64,000 bases of DNA from an uncultured Thermotogae bacterium. Lineage in GTDB: Bacteria > Bipolaricaulota > Bipolaricaulia > UBA7950 > UBA9294. The notes below the pieces were generated by a model. That model saw only the letters and a program-made list of their open reading frames with translations. It did not search any database and had not been told where the DNA came from. Numbering within the stretch: the first letter of the stretch is position 1; every line of letters begins with the position of its first letter. The stretch spans positions 10,803 through 74,802 of the forward strand of contig CAYHBG010000001.1 of assembly GCA_964354815.1 (NCBI GenBank). Direction: 5' to 3'. Both the position numbers and the translations under genes were made by a program. Below, one piece after another: positions 46,081 through 55,519 of the stretch.

Positions 46081-49000
46081 GCGACTCGCGTGCTCGACAG
46101 CGCCGTGGCGTAAATCGCTACTTCGTCGTAGTCACCCCTGAAGAAGTCAGCGGGGAAGTAGTACATATTGCTGTCGGCCCATGTGAGCCCGGTCTTCGTA
46201 TCTCCCTGCACGCCATCGACGTAGATGGTGAAATCGGACGCCGCCTTGACACAGACAATGTGATGCCAGTTGGTGTCGGTGATGGCCTGAGAGGACAGCG
46301 CGCCAGAACCAGAATGCCCATGAGGCCAGAACCGAATCCGATCATCCCCCTCGATTTCGATAATCGGCGCGTCGTCAGCCGTCTGGTTGAGTAGGTACTC
46401 CTCGGCCCCCGAGCGGGTTCTCTTGAACCACATCTCGATGGATTGCGGGTTGTTCCCGAACTTGAGAACAGCCGGAGCAGGATCGATACGAAGCCTACCG
46501 TTGTTGTTCGCGCCGGTATTCAGCGCGGTGTTCGAATCGCCAACAATGGCACCCGTGATACCGAACAACGGGTCGGTCGGCCCCGGCAACTCCCCTGTGC
46601 CATACCACGTCGCCGTGACGGCACCCATCTCATCGACAGGTGGGTTGGCCTTACTTGCCTCGCCCAGCCGCCAGTACGCGACAGGTGAGTCTCCGAGAAC
46701 CAGCCCGTGATAGGGCTGCATGGTCTTCTTGAGGACGGCGTTCGCCGTCAGGGACCCGGCCTGGGCCCGCTTCAAGACCGCATCGGCCTTGGTGGACCCG
46801 GTGATCGTCTGGGCGGTCACGGCCAGCACGGCGTCGGCAGAGAGCGACCCCGCCTGTGTCCGCTTCAGAACGGCGTCAGACGAGAATGTCCCGCCGGTCG
46901 GCGGCGTACCGATGTAGGAGTCGAGGGTGATCCCGCCGGAAGACTCGCTGTAGAGCTCGAAGCCCCACACGTCGAGGCCGGCGTAGTTCACAGTCGCAAC
47001 GCTGACGATGCGGTAGTAGCGGAAGGACGCTGCGTCCCACGAGAACTCGGTGACGCTGTGGTCGGCGTGGTAGTAGCCGTAGTTGCCCGAGGAATGAACG
47101 GACCTGTGGTTGGTGTGATCTGCCGGACCAGCCAGGGTGGTGTATGAGCTGAAGGCGGAGTCGCTCGAGCCGTCGATCCTCAGGGCACCCGTGAGGGTGG
47201 TTTCCGTGACCGCAGAGGCGTCCAGCATTGCCCCGACGGTGGACTTGGCAGACCCCAGATCGAAGTACATGTCGATCCGGTTGCCGAGCTGAACCTTGGT
47301 GTTAGGGTCCTCGTCCACGATGGCGGCCGGGTCCCCGACGACAAGGCCGTCAGTCGAGTGGTAGGCGTAGGGGACGAGCCGGTAGACGAGGTTGGCCTTG
47401 CCCTTGGTCACCCGCCCGATGCCGATCCAGGCATCGACGGTGAAGGACCCCGGAGCCCGGATCGTGAGGTCGTCAAGGTACGTCCAGGAGAAAGGTTCTG
47501 CCGACCCGGCGTGGGTGGTGACGATGCCGACGTTCCCCGGTCGCTGGAGGGACGCCTCGGAGTCCTCGACGGAGAGGTTCCAGCCTGCCGGCTCAGAGCC
47601 CCCCGTGGCCCAGTACTTCACCTTCAGGACGGTTGGGTTGACCCCCTGCACCCTGACCCGCATGTAGAAGGGGGCCGTGGGCCAGCCGTTCGTATCCTCC
47701 GCGATGCTGGTGGGACCGCTGTAGAGGCCGTCAGTCCACTTGCCGATGGTGGGGTTGTAGATGCTGAAGCTGGGGTTCGAGCCGATGACATAGGAGGCGT
47801 TGGGGCGGTAGAAGGAGCCGCTGAAGGATCCAGACGTGTAGTACATGTACTGCCAGGCCTGGATGCGCGAGGCGAACCAGAACGCGCTGTCCCAGCCCGC
47901 TGTGTTGACGGTGACCAGAAACTCCACGTCCTGAGGCCGGTACTGGCCTCCCGTGTCGCTCTGGATGTAGGTCATCTCCTTGGGCTGGGTATAGCCACCC
48001 GACGCGAGGTAGAGGGTGTTGCTCGAGATCGTGGAATAGCCGCCGTAGGCGTTGTGGGGGGTGCGCCACTTCACGCCGATGGTGTCAGGGGTCCGACCCT
48101 CGAGGTAGGTCCCGTCCGTCCCCGCGAACGTGTCCCAGGTGATCAGCTTGTAGCCGGTGCCCTTCTCGATGGCCGCGCCGACCGTGAACGAGCTGCTGAC
48201 ACCCGTCTTCTTGATGACGGCGTTGGTGGTGAAGAACGGTTGGATCCAGGCGTTGAGACGGAAGTACCTCTCCTGGATCACGGCCCCAGCCGCGAAGCCC
48301 AGGAACTCCAGCCCCGTAGCGGAGAAGGTGGCCGACGCGTGTGTCCCCTGGATGCCCTTCAGGACGTGGTAGGGGACGAGGTTCCAGCCGGAGTCCCCGC
48401 CGTAGACCTCGAGCGATGGGTAGGCGGTGACCAGCCCCAGCCCGCCACCGTTGCCGGTCGAGGTGCCTACGTCGTAGATCTCGGTGAGCTTGTTGTCGAG
48501 GTAGCCGCTGCTGGTGGCGTTGATCGGTGTCCAGGCGCTGAAGCGTGGTAGATCGCTATCAACCGGGTCGGAGAAGGCGTAGAGCAGGAGGGCGTTCTGC
48601 CAGCAATGCTCTTCGTGATCGAGGTCGGCGGTTGCGAGCGACGAGACGGTGGCAACGCTCGTATCGCTGAAGTTCCACGCCCCAGCGATGAAGTTGAGAC
48701 CCATCTCCGAGGAGTCGCCTCCGCCCGTGTTCTGGGCGTTGTAGGTGGGTCCACCCACGCCACCGAACGCCAGGATCACGCCGTAGACGTGGTTGGCGGC
48801 GGGACTGAACGAGATGGCGGCCGATGACTCCGTGCCGCCGTGCGTCCCCTTGCGGGTCGCATAGATCGCGATGGCCGTCTCGGTCGTGAGGACGCCGGTC
48901 CCCGTAGAACTCTGGATACCGATGACATACCAGGGGTAGCCGTTGGTGACGAGGTCCGTGGACGCGGTGAAGTCGTTCATCCCAGCGCACTCGATGAACG

Positions 49001-49850
49001 CGACCAGGAGATCGCCGTCGTTCGAGGCGGGGATGGTCATCGTCAGGCTGCTGGTGCCCGACGCTGCCGTGCCCAAGGAGCGGACGAACGGCCTGCCACC
49101 GTACTGGGTCCTCTTGATGACCGCGTCAACCTTGAACGTGGGCACGGCGCGCACGCCGAAGAGGACGCTCGCCACGCGTTCTGCGGCAGACAGGGTGGCC
49201 GTGACCGTGATGGTCTGTCCCGAGGCAACACCGGTCGAGGCGACCCGGTAGATCAGGTCCGCAGCCATGTCGTTGCCGGTCGTGGACGACAGGTGTGTGG
49301 CCGGGTACTCGACGACGTTCGCGCCCCACGACGGACCGCCAGAGATCGCGGTCGTGGCGCGAGTGAAGGTGGCGCTGTCGTCGGCGACACCCGTCAGGGC
49401 GAAGACGAGCTGGTTGATGTTGATGAAGCCCGTCGTCGTGAGGGTGTGGGACATCGCCGTGCTGCCCATCGCCTGCTCGACGGAGTTGGCGAGCTTCGCG
49501 ATGTCCCAGCCTTCGGTCGCGGCCTTCTGGAGGACGATGATGACCGAGCCTGCGGGGGTGATCGCGCCCGAGCGGGTCAGGGTCGGGTTGTTCGTCTCCG
49601 ATGCGCCGAGGATCTTCCAGGCGACATAGACGCGGGATGAACCAACGCCGATGCCGTTCGCCGTTGACCCCGGCGTCTCGTCGATGATCTCCGTCCACGA
49701 CTGGTCGATGGTCGCGGTGACGCTGTACGGCCTCCAGGCCGCGACGAGGATGCCGAGGTCACCGGCCGAGTAGCCGCCGGGGATCGTGGTCGCGACGTTC
49801 TGGGTGGTGGTGGCAGCCCAGGTTCCTGCGGCGCGAACGGAGATCGCCAT
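41982..49850 (-). CDS. giant 2622-aa fibrous repeat protein with LamG/concanavalin-A-like lectin domain
   Basis: Single ORF; N-terminal ~900 aa globular; LamG-like segment ...NWHHIVCVKAASDFTIYVDGVQGDTKTG...FRGDYDEVAIYATALSSTRVAAHY (nt ~46090-46730); C-terminal ~1350 aa are ~80 degenerate 16-17-aa repeats (GSFTANAVLKRTQA-like). Confidence 0.7.
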   Translation of the reverse strand: MAISVRAAGTWAATTTQNVATTIPGGYSAGDLGILVAAWRPYSVTATIDQSWTEIIDETPGSTANGIGVGSSRVYVAWKILGASETNNPTLTRSGAITPAGSVIIVLQKAATEGWDIAKLANSVEQAMGSTAMSHTLTTTGFININQLVFALTGVADDSATFTRATTAISGGPSWGANVVEYPATHLSSTTGNDMAADLIYRVASTGVASGQTITVTATLSAAERVASVLFGVRAVPTFKVDAVIKRTQYGGRPFVRSLGTAASGTSSLTMTIPASNDGDLLVAFIECAGMNDFTASTDLVTNGYPWYVIGIQSSTGTGVLTTETAIAIYATRKGTHGGTESSAAISFSPAANHVYGVILAFGGVGGPTYNAQNTGGGDSSEMGLNFIAGAWNFSDTSVATVSSLATADLDHEEHCWQNALLLYAFSDPVDSDLPRFSAWTPINATSSGYLDNKLTEIYDVGTSTGNGGGLGLVTAYPSLEVYGGDSGWNLVPYHVLKGIQGTHASATFSATGLEFLGFAAGAVIQERYFRLNAWIQPFFTTNAVIKKTGVSSSFTVGAAIEKGTGYKLITWDTFAGTDGTYLEGRTPDTIGVKWRTPHNAYGGYSTISSNTLYLASGGYTQPKEMTYIQSDTGGQYRPQDVEFLVTVNTAGWDSAFWFASRIQAWQYMYYTSGSFSGSFYRPNASYVIGSNPSFSIYNPTIGKWTDGLYSGPTSIAEDTNGWPTAPFYMRVRVQGVNPTVLKVKYWATGGSEPAGWNLSVEDSEASLQRPGNVGIVTTHAGSAEPFSWTYLDDLTIRAPGSFTVDAWIGIGRVTKGKANLVYRLVPYAYHSTDGLVVGDPAAIVDEDPNTKVQLGNRIDMYFDLGSAKSTVGAMLDASAVTETTLTGALRIDGSSDSAFSSYTTLAGPADHTNHRSVHSSGNYGYYHADHSVTEFSWDAASFRYYRIVSVATVNYAGLDVWGFELYSESSGGITLDSYIGTPPTGGTFSSDAVLKRTQAGSLSADAVLAVTAQTITGSTKADAVLKRAQAGSLTANAVLKKTMQPYHGLVLGDSPVAYWRLGEASKANPPVDEMGAVTATWYGTGELPGPTDPLFGITGAIVGDSNTALNTGANNNGRLRIDPAPAVLKFGNNPQSIEMWFKRTRSGAEEYLLNQTADDAPIIEIEGDDRIRFWPHGHSGSGALSSQAITDTNWHHIVCVKAASDFTIYVDGVQGDTKTGLTWADSNMYYFPADFFRGDYDEVAIYATALSSTRVAAHYITGKGGIVGLTADAILRKTQSGSFTADAIRRTTASGAFTANAVIKRTVSSALTANAVLKRTQAGSLTANAVLKGTRTGTFTAAAVVKATVTASTLKADSILKRTTSGSTTANAVIKATSSTKTFTADAVRKATISSSLTANAVVKGTATSSTTANAVLKATRSGTFTADAVRKATLSSTFTASAWIQKTYASSTTANAVVKATAAGSTKADAVVRRTQAGTFTAAALVKATAAGSFTAAAVVQRPASSSFAAAAWVQKTVASTFTAAAVVKGTASSGLTANAVLKRGQAGSFTAAALVKASTTASLTANAVVRTTRNGSLTASSWLQKPVSGTFSASACIKATVSGSLTANAVIRSSASGTFTAAALVKASASGSTTANAVIKRSQAGTFTAAAWIQKTNAGTFTAAATLKATRSGSFTASALIYGATAGTFGVSAVLKRTQAASFTASATLLRSSTGSTTASAWLIRVPTGTFSANAVIKGSASGATTLYALVKATATSATSANAVVKGTVSRTFTADAVFKAPRTGAFTTAAWIQKTNTGSLTANAVLKVSASGFWQTNATILAPRASSTVAYAILRGTRSGTAWTADAAVLGHLAGSFTVAALVGETTAGSFTANAVIKRTVSSALTVNAVIRGTAAGSFTAAAISKRTATGTFFAGAVLAKGQSNTFAVASVLRSTASSSAAADAVIRSSASFTFSAAAVKRDSAASTFSMDAIIRSAAIFTFTSDAVLARNVAFTFNVAALVRTSKTYSFSVDAVVRRSTASSFTSSAIISRNVAATLAASAVIRSSSQTFFTASATVGRTSISGLSADAVIRSETAHSFPVGAWLSGTFTVGSWLAGAISVDAFIRAGRAGFFNLDAWIAGPVYASVTLDAALLRTQASAPVTLDALFLATASSTFAANAVIRSSASSAFTTDAVIRSAAVSSLSADAVIRSSAVGLLRIDSAIMSSRASAFSLSAMVVSSATSSFAADASILRPVQASFASDSIVLKPTLTSFGVAALVAGAGTSAFSADAVVRGTASSHVQADAVIHRTAPASLTTDAIIAHQGAGVLTVSALVEASVGGSFTTEAWIVAPVAEGGSFTTDAILLRHNSGTVAADAVISFQSVSTFSAAAWIFGANAGAFAADAVVKRTRSVTVSVDAILRRTYPGGFGAAAVLKTAQQAGFTTQAVVAATRMGGFATDAVSLSPQTSSFPAAAEIVVGAVTGSFPVAAVITGSPSSAFDAAATILASSVGTLTADASISSSPVSSFTLDALITGFGAVSFTLDAVIGSAGTGTFGIDASISLRITVEIEGTFSAATLAPDLWAGTIEGDHTAATIAPALSARTLDFTWLFTRRNYFRTGAWIAGTFTLDAEIA

Positions 49851-49990
49851 CAGCAGTCACCGGACACAGCGAAGCCCCGGCCGAGAATGGGCCGGGGCCT
49901 GGAGATGTTCGTGTTGCCCGAGAAGTCGGCCATTGGATTGGCCCTTCGTCGGACGCCGCATGGGATTGCGGCGGCCTATGTCAGCTCGGG

Positions 49991-50491
49991 TCAGCGACCC
50001 TCAAGCATCCTCGACGCGATGGTGTCCACGTCGTCTCCCCCGCAGATTACTCCGTTGGGCAAGAGCCAGAGGCGCTCGTACCGCTCGGTCTGGGTGACGA
50101 CCCTCTTGGGCTTGCGGCCCTTCGTCATGTGCCACCTGGCGGGGACCTTCTTCCCGATCCCCACCGCCATGATCTCGGATCCTGCCATCAGGTTGCCGAC
50201 GTGGTGCTTCACGAAGTAGCCCTGCTCGCCCTCCTCGAGGACGAGGCAGACGATGGGCCGGCCGCTGGCCTTGTGGTGCAGCCACCACGTTCCCGGCGAC
50301 CGCATCAGCTCCTTGTGCTTCTCGATCCAGCCAGGCTCGTCGAGGTCGATCCCGACGTTGCCCGTGGCGGAGTCGGTCTCGATGACGAGGAAGAAGGGGC
50401 TGTCGCCCTCCCATCCCGGCTGGGTCTCGACGGTCAGGGTCTCGACGGCCGTCTCGTCAAGGCGGACGGCGGTGCCTTCGATCACTTCCAC
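49991..50491 (-). CDS. hypothetical protein (166 aa)
   Basis: Complete ORF between the GT2 gene and the giant gene; no motif recognised. Confidence 0.4.
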   Translation of the reverse strand: MEVIEGTAVRLDETAVETLTVETQPGWEGDSPFFLVIETDSATGNVGIDLDEPGWIEKHKELMRSPGTWWLHHKASGRPIVCLVLEEGEQGYFVKHHVGNLMAGSEIMAVGIGKKVPARWHMTKGRKPKRVVTQTERYERLWLLPNGVICGGDDVDTIASRMLEGR

Positions 50492-51348
50492 CCGAGCTTC
50501 TCCAGGGCCTCTTCGCGGGTCAGGATCTCCTGGTCGATCTCCGCCAGGACGGCTGCCCGGAACTCGCTGGCCTGCGGATCGCGGAACGCGATCTCGCGCA
50601 GGAAGGTCGCCTCCGTGATGGCCTGCTCACCTACGTGGGCGATCTTCACGGACGTGTCCACGAAGATCCGGCAGCCGGCGGCGACGGCCTCGCGGCAGAA
50701 CAGGAAGTCCTCGCCCCACTCCTCCTCCCAGCGGAAGAACGGTGCCGGGCGCTGCTTCTGGCGCTCCTCGAAGGTCCCGAAGGACTCCTTGGCCTGCGCC
50801 TGGAGGATGCGGTCGAAGACCCTCTTGTGGACGAGGCAGAAGGCCATGCCCGTGGCATCCACCTCAACGGCGGAGTCCTCGGGCCACTTCTCCATGTAGG
50901 TGTAGCCGTGGGCACCGTGGGGGGCGAGCTTGTACATCGTCGGCTGGTAGGGATCGCCACGCTGGAAGCAGAGGCCGCCCAGGATGTCGAGGTCGAACTT
51001 CTCGCGAGTCTCGACCAGCACCCTGACGGCCTCAGGCTGCCAGGCCATGTCGGAGTCGATGAACAGGATCCAGTCCCCCTCCATCTCGTTGATGCAGGAG
51101 TTGCGCTGGAAGGTCAGGACGTTGCCGACGATGATGAACTTCTTGATGTACTGGCCGGGCTTGAGGTACGTCGTGTCGGTCATCATCAGCGAGACCGCCG
51201 TCGGGGCGGCGATCTTGTCCCGCGTGATCATGGCGATGGTGCCTACGCACTCGCTCTTGCCGGCCTCGACGATCTCGAACTTCTCCATCTCGAGACCGTC
51301 CGTGACCCCGGCCCGCCTGGGGTGGCGGGCCTTAGGCTGGGTGGTCAT
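50482..51348 (-). CDS. glycosyltransferase family 2 (GT-A fold)
   Basis: DxD motif in LFIDSDMAWQPEAV; GT-A type N-terminal Rossmann region; 288 aa. Confidence 0.65.
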   Translation of the reverse strand: MTTQPKARHPRRAGVTDGLEMEKFEIVEAGKSECVGTIAMITRDKIAAPTAVSLMMTDTTYLKPGQYIKKFIIVGNVLTFQRNSCINEMEGDWILFIDSDMAWQPEAVRVLVETREKFDLDILGGLCFQRGDPYQPTMYKLAPHGAHGYTYMEKWPEDSAVEVDATGMAFCLVHKRVFDRILQAQAKESFGTFEERQKQRPAPFFRWEEEWGEDFLFCREAVAAGCRIFVDTSVKIAHVGEQAITEATFLREIAFRDPQASEFRAAVLAEIDQEILTREEALEKLGWK

Positions 51349-51687
51349 CTACGCGACGACGATGGTCGCGGGGTCGAGGACGGCGGACTCGGAGAGGGGA
51401 TTGGTCACGTCGTAGAGCTGGACGGTCCAGGTGCCGGCGGACGGGAAGATGTACGAGTTGAACTGGAACGCGCCGTCCGGCGTGGTGCCGAAGACCTGGC
51501 TCTGCCCCTGGGTCGCGCCGAGAACCGTCATCCTCAGGACGTAACGCTTCTCGGGAGAGGTCGGGTAGAGGAGCGGATCGTAGCTCCCCGTGTCGTTGGG
51601 GTCGGTGCCTGCGATGGCGAAGGTGCAGACATCCTTCTTGGCGGTGATGGCCCCCGAGGCGGGGGTGACGGTGATCGTTGCGGCCAT
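51349..51687 (-). CDS. small Ig-like/beta-sandwich protein (112 aa)
   Basis: MAATITVTPASGAIT...TWTVQLYDVTNPLSE; ATG 51687 in ATGA overlap; sits between two GT2 genes. Confidence 0.35.
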   Translation of the reverse strand: MAATITVTPASGAITAKKDVCTFAIAGTDPNDTGSYDPLLYPTSPEKRYVLRMTVLGATQGQSQVFGTTPDGAFQFNSYIFPSAGTWTVQLYDVTNPLSESAVLDPATIVVA

Positions 51688-52493
51688 CAGGTGGACTCCT
51701 TCTCGAGGGTGAACTCGGATCGACTGTACGGGATCACGACCCGCTCCGACATGGTCAAGCCCAGCACGTTGACGGGCTTTCGGCACGGGCACTCCTCGCA
51801 CACGTCGAAGTCGTGACCGTTGACCGTCTGGCGAACCATCCGATGCTCTTCCATGATCTCCCCGCGAGCTCGGGAGGGGAAGAGGTCCACTTCAGGGTGC
51901 CAGGCGAATGGTGGCTCGTGGACGAACGACCGGAAGTCGTTCCCGACCCCCAGCCGACGCCCGAGTTGCTGGTCCTCGGACCCGTGGTGTCCGAGGTAGG
52001 CGAGGTCGAACCCGCCGACCTTCCAGAAGAGGTTCCGGCGGATCGCCAGCAGGCCAGCGTAGCTGCTCTGCCAGCCGTGCCAGGTGTTGACGGCGGTCTC
52101 CCTCGAGCGTCCCACGAAGGAGGGAAGTTCGAGCAGTTTCTCCCGCCCGTAGCGGGCGAAGTCGATGAAGCGGTGATGGCCCCAGCAGAAGTCATCCTTC
52201 AGCGCGATGCGAGTCGCCTCCTCCAGCATCTCCCTCGGGGCGATGAGATCGTCGTCGAGGAAGACGAGGACATCGGAGGTTGCCACGTCGGCTCCGATGT
52301 TCCGGCGAAGCCCGGCATCACCGTGTCCAATGGGCTGCGTGTCGCTGGCGAAGCGGACAAGAGTCACACCCTCGACAGCCACCTCGTTGCTGACCACCAC
52401 GACCTCGTCAGGCTTCAGCGTGCCTTGACCCAGGCTCCAGACGAGATCGTCCACCGTCGATCTCGTGGTCGGCACGATGACGGAGGTGGTCAT
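51687..52493 (-). CDS. glycosyltransferase family 2 (GT-A fold)
   Basis: VIVPT...N N-terminal and VLVFLDDDLI DxD motif; 268 aa. Confidence 0.6.
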   Translation of the reverse strand: MTTSVIVPTTRSTVDDLVWSLGQGTLKPDEVVVVSNEVAVEGVTLVRFASDTQPIGHGDAGLRRNIGADVATSDVLVFLDDDLIAPREMLEEATRIALKDDFCWGHHRFIDFARYGREKLLELPSFVGRSRETAVNTWHGWQSSYAGLLAIRRNLFWKVGGFDLAYLGHHGSEDQQLGRRLGVGNDFRSFVHEPPFAWHPEVDLFPSRARGEIMEEHRMVRQTVNGHDFDVCEECPCRKPVNVLGLTMSERVVIPYSRSEFTLEKEST

Positions 52494-53152
52494 GACGCGA
52501 GGATGAGCTCGGACCTGGCCCGGAACAGGGCCTCGTCCTGGTCCCAGCCCTTCTGGACATCGCGGTAGGTCGAGTCCCAGGGGAGCGAGTTGGAAGACCC
52601 GAACAGGGGATGGAGATGCTCCACGATGGACTCCATCGCCCTCGCGATCTCACCACGCCGGAGAGCCGTGAGGAACATCTCGTTGTCGGCGAAGTTGTGG
52701 GCGTAGCCGGGGTGGAACGCGAGGCCGGGGGCGTCGAACACCGCCCGCTCGAGATACTCCCGGCGGATCAGCGCCTGGGTCCCGTTGGCGTTGTGGAGAT
52801 CGTTCACGACCACGACCGAGGGACCCGCGTCCATCACCCGCAGCGCGGACGTGAGCCAGCCGGCATGGTGGATCACGTCGTCAGAACCGAAGAAGATCGT
52901 CTTCGCGTCGTCGAGCCAGCGCACCAGCTTGTTCATGCGGGTGACGTAGCGGCGGTCGTCGCAGTCGCTGTCATCGACGTACCACTCCCCCAGCTCGTCC
53001 AGGATCGTCATGGACTCGGGGTCGCTGACCATGAACAGGATGAAGTGGGACTCGGGCGTGTTCTGGTGGATGTTGGAAACCACGTCCCGGATCCGCTGGG
53101 GACGGTCGAGGGAGGGCACCAGGATGGCGCAGGGGAGGAGGTCAGAGATCAC
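52490..53152 (-). CDS. GT-A-like glycosyltransferase (third paralog-type, 220 aa)
   Basis: ILVPSLDRP N-terminal beta-strand-Asp pattern and FFGSDDV DxD-like motif. Confidence 0.45.
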   Translation of the reverse strand: MISDLLPCAILVPSLDRPQRIRDVVSNIHQNTPESHFILFMVSDPESMTILDELGEWYVDDSDCDDRRYVTRMNKLVRWLDDAKTIFFGSDDVIHHAGWLTSALRVMDAGPSVVVVNDLHNANGTQALIRREYLERAVFDAPGLAFHPGYAHNFADNEMFLTALRRGEIARAMESIVEHLHPLFGSSNSLPWDSTYRDVQKGWDQDEALFRARSELILAS

Positions 53153-53969
53153 GGAACGTCTCCGACTCGCGCCAGAAGACCCTCGGCTCCCAGCCTGGCA
53201 CGTTGTTGTGGCCGACGTAGCTCCGGGAGTCGCCGTACCGCTCGGGACCGTGGACGTAGTCGAGATCCAGGTAGTTCGCCATGTCGTTGACGGTCACCAC
53301 GTTGGCCGATCCGCCACCCACGTCCCAGGTCTGGGTCGCGTAGAGCTTCGGGTCCGACATCTGGAGCAGCAACAGGTTGACGTAGTCGCTGACGTGGAGG
53401 AGGTCGCGGCGCTGGAGACCATCGCCGTTGACGACGACCTCCTTCCCCTCCTTCTTCGCCTGGAGGAACCAGGCGATCCAGCCTGACTCGAACGACCCGG
53501 CCTGTCCCGGACCGTAGATGGTGCCAGGGCGGTTGATGACCAGCGGGAACTCGAAGCTGCGGGACATCTCGAGGCACCAGGTCTCGACCATCTGCTTAGC
53601 CGCTCCGTAGGGCGTCATCCCGTCGCGGGCCTTCACCGAGCTGGTGAGGAGCAGCGGGATGTCGAGGCTGGCTGCCACCTGGGCGACCGTGACCGCAGAC
53701 ATCACCGTGTCGCGGAACGTGTCGTAGGGCCGGCTGATGCTGCCCAGCGTCGAGCAGGACCCTGCGAGGTGGATGATGAGGTCCGGCTCCTTGATGGTGA
53801 GTTGCCCGGCGGACCATCTCGAGGCCAGGTCCATCCCGGTCGTCTTGTCAGCGGAGATGACCCCGATCCCGCGATCCTTCAGCGCCTTGACGGTGTGCCG
53901 GCCGACGAACCCGTCGGACCCGGTGACGAGAACCCTCACTTCCTCACCATCCAGAAGCTCCCCGGCCAA
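53142..53969 (-). CDS. NAD-dependent epimerase/dehydratase (extended SDR)
   Basis: VLVTGSDGFVG (GxxGxxG) and YGAAK (YxxxK); TTG start per ORF track; 275 aa. Confidence 0.65.
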   Translation of the reverse strand: MAGELLDGEEVRVLVTGSDGFVGRHTVKALKDRGIGVISADKTTGMDLASRWSAGQLTIKEPDLIIHLAGSCSTLGSISRPYDTFRDTVMSAVTVAQVAASLDIPLLLTSSVKARDGMTPYGAAKQMVETWCLEMSRSFEFPLVINRPGTIYGPGQAGSFESGWIAWFLQAKKEGKEVVVNGDGLQRRDLLHVSDYVNLLLLQMSDPKLYATQTWDVGGGSANVVTVNDMANYLDLDYVHGPERYGDSRSYVGHNNVPGWEPRVFWRESETFRDL

Positions 53970-54577
53970 CGCTGGGGGGTGAACGACGGGAACACCTTCA
54001 ACTCCTCACGGGACGCCTGGTGACTCGACCACAACACCTCCCACGACCCGGTGTCGAGGGCTTGCTGGAGGTGGTCCTGTTCATCGTAGCCACGGTCGCT
54101 CCACGTTTCCGGGTAGGGATCGGGGAGGAAGATGTCGTGGACGTGGACGACGACACCAGGGCGCAGCGTCGGCAGGATCTCGTGGTACAGGATGTCCACG
54201 TCGTTCCCGGCAGCCCACTTGTGGCTGGAGTCGATGAACAGGATGTCCCCCTCGACGAGCCAGTCGAACAGCTCCCGTGGGGCATCCTCGAGACGTACCC
54301 GGCGGTGATCGACAACGGGATCGAGGGTCGTCCTCGGGTCTGGGTCGATGGCAACCAGCGTGCCTCCGTAACCGTCCCGGAGGTTGGACCGCATGGCCGC
54401 GAGCGAGACTGCGGTGGAGTGACCGGCCCCGACCTCGATGATCCTGCCGGGGTGGTACTTGATCACCATCGCGTACAGGACCTCGGCATCGACCGACCCG
54501 AACCAGGTGTTCTCGATGTCGTATCCGATGCCCTCGAAGCCCTCCTGCCACCTGGCAAGGTTCGCGGCGGTGATCAT
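53936..54577 (-). CDS. class I SAM-dependent methyltransferase (TylF/macrocin-O-methyltransferase-like sugar O-MTase)
   Basis: EVGAGHST motif I, LFIDSSHKW motif; 213 aa; ATGA overlap with the upstream epimerase. Confidence 0.6.
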   Translation of the reverse strand: MITAANLARWQEGFEGIGYDIENTWFGSVDAEVLYAMVIKYHPGRIIEVGAGHSTAVSLAAMRSNLRDGYGGTLVAIDPDPRTTLDPVVDHRRVRLEDAPRELFDWLVEGDILFIDSSHKWAAGNDVDILYHEILPTLRPGVVVHVHDIFLPDPYPETWSDRGYDEQDHLQQALDTGSWEVLWSSHQASREELKVFPSFTPQRWPGSFWMVRK

Positions 54578-55479
54578 CCGAGGTAGGACTTGTAGTAGGC
54601 CACGGTGTTCGCCACACCCATCTCGAGGGGCAGGAGCTCCCAGTCCCCGATCAGGGGCTTCAGGGTCTCGGGGTTGCCCACGACGACGGACTTCTCGTCC
54701 TCGCCGGCACGCATCGGGAGGTGGGTGATCTCCACCGCCCGGTTGGTCACCTTCGTCACCTCGTCGGCCACGATGGCGGCGATGTCGTTGACGGTCGTCC
54801 TCCGGCCCGTCCCGGCCTCTGCCGTCGCCTGCGGACCGCCGATGGTCTCCTCGAGGGCCGCCACGAGGATGTGGGCCACGTCGGTGACGTAGATCATGTC
54901 CATGATCTGGGAGCCGTCGCCGTAGATCTCGATGGGCATCCCGGTCAGGGCGCGGCAGATGAAGCTGGGCATGATCTTGCGGACCTTGGACGGACCGAAC
55001 GGCTCTGCGGCAACCTGGCGGGGACCGTAGGCGTTCAGCGCCCGGACCACCGACATCCTGCTGTGGCGGAAGCGGACGTGCATGTCCACGAACCGCTCGA
55101 TGGTGTTCTTGGTGATCGAGTAGGTGTTGTTCATCCAGTAGTTGCCGACGGCGATGTTGACCAGCGGCACGTCGTACTGGGCGCAGGCCTCGAGGACGTT
55201 CAGGCCCCCCAGGATGTTCGTCTCAGCCGCCGGCCGAGGGTTCTTGACCGTCTCCTGAGTGCCGAGGACGCCAGCCAGGTGGATGACTCCATCGGCATGG
55301 GCGACAGCCTCGGTGACGGCGGTTGCATCACGGACATCTCCAAGAACGAGCTGCGCTCCTGCTGCTGGCTCCCGGTAGCGGGTGTCGAGGACGGCGGGCG
55401 AGTATCCAAGGTGGGAGAGCTCCTCCACGACGTAGCGGCCGATGAACCCGTTGCCACCTGTGACTAGGACTGTCTTCAC
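54574..55479 (-). CDS. NAD-dependent epimerase/dehydratase (UDP-sugar 4-epimerase or 4,6-dehydratase type)
   Basis: VLVTGGNGFIGRY (GxxGxxG), YSITK (YxxxK); 301 aa; first gene of the glycan block downstream of the terminator. Confidence 0.7.
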   Translation of the reverse strand: MKTVLVTGGNGFIGRYVVEELSHLGYSPAVLDTRYREPAAGAQLVLGDVRDATAVTEAVAHADGVIHLAGVLGTQETVKNPRPAAETNILGGLNVLEACAQYDVPLVNIAVGNYWMNNTYSITKNTIERFVDMHVRFRHSRMSVVRALNAYGPRQVAAEPFGPSKVRKIMPSFICRALTGMPIEIYGDGSQIMDMIYVTDVAHILVAALEETIGGPQATAEAGTGRRTTVNDIAAIVADEVTKVTNRAVEITHLPMRAGEDEKSVVVGNPETLKPLIGDWELLPLEMGVANTVAYYKSYLG

Positions 55480-55519
55480 GATCCCTCCCGAGGATGAGGA
55501 GTGCGGGCGGGGACCTGGG

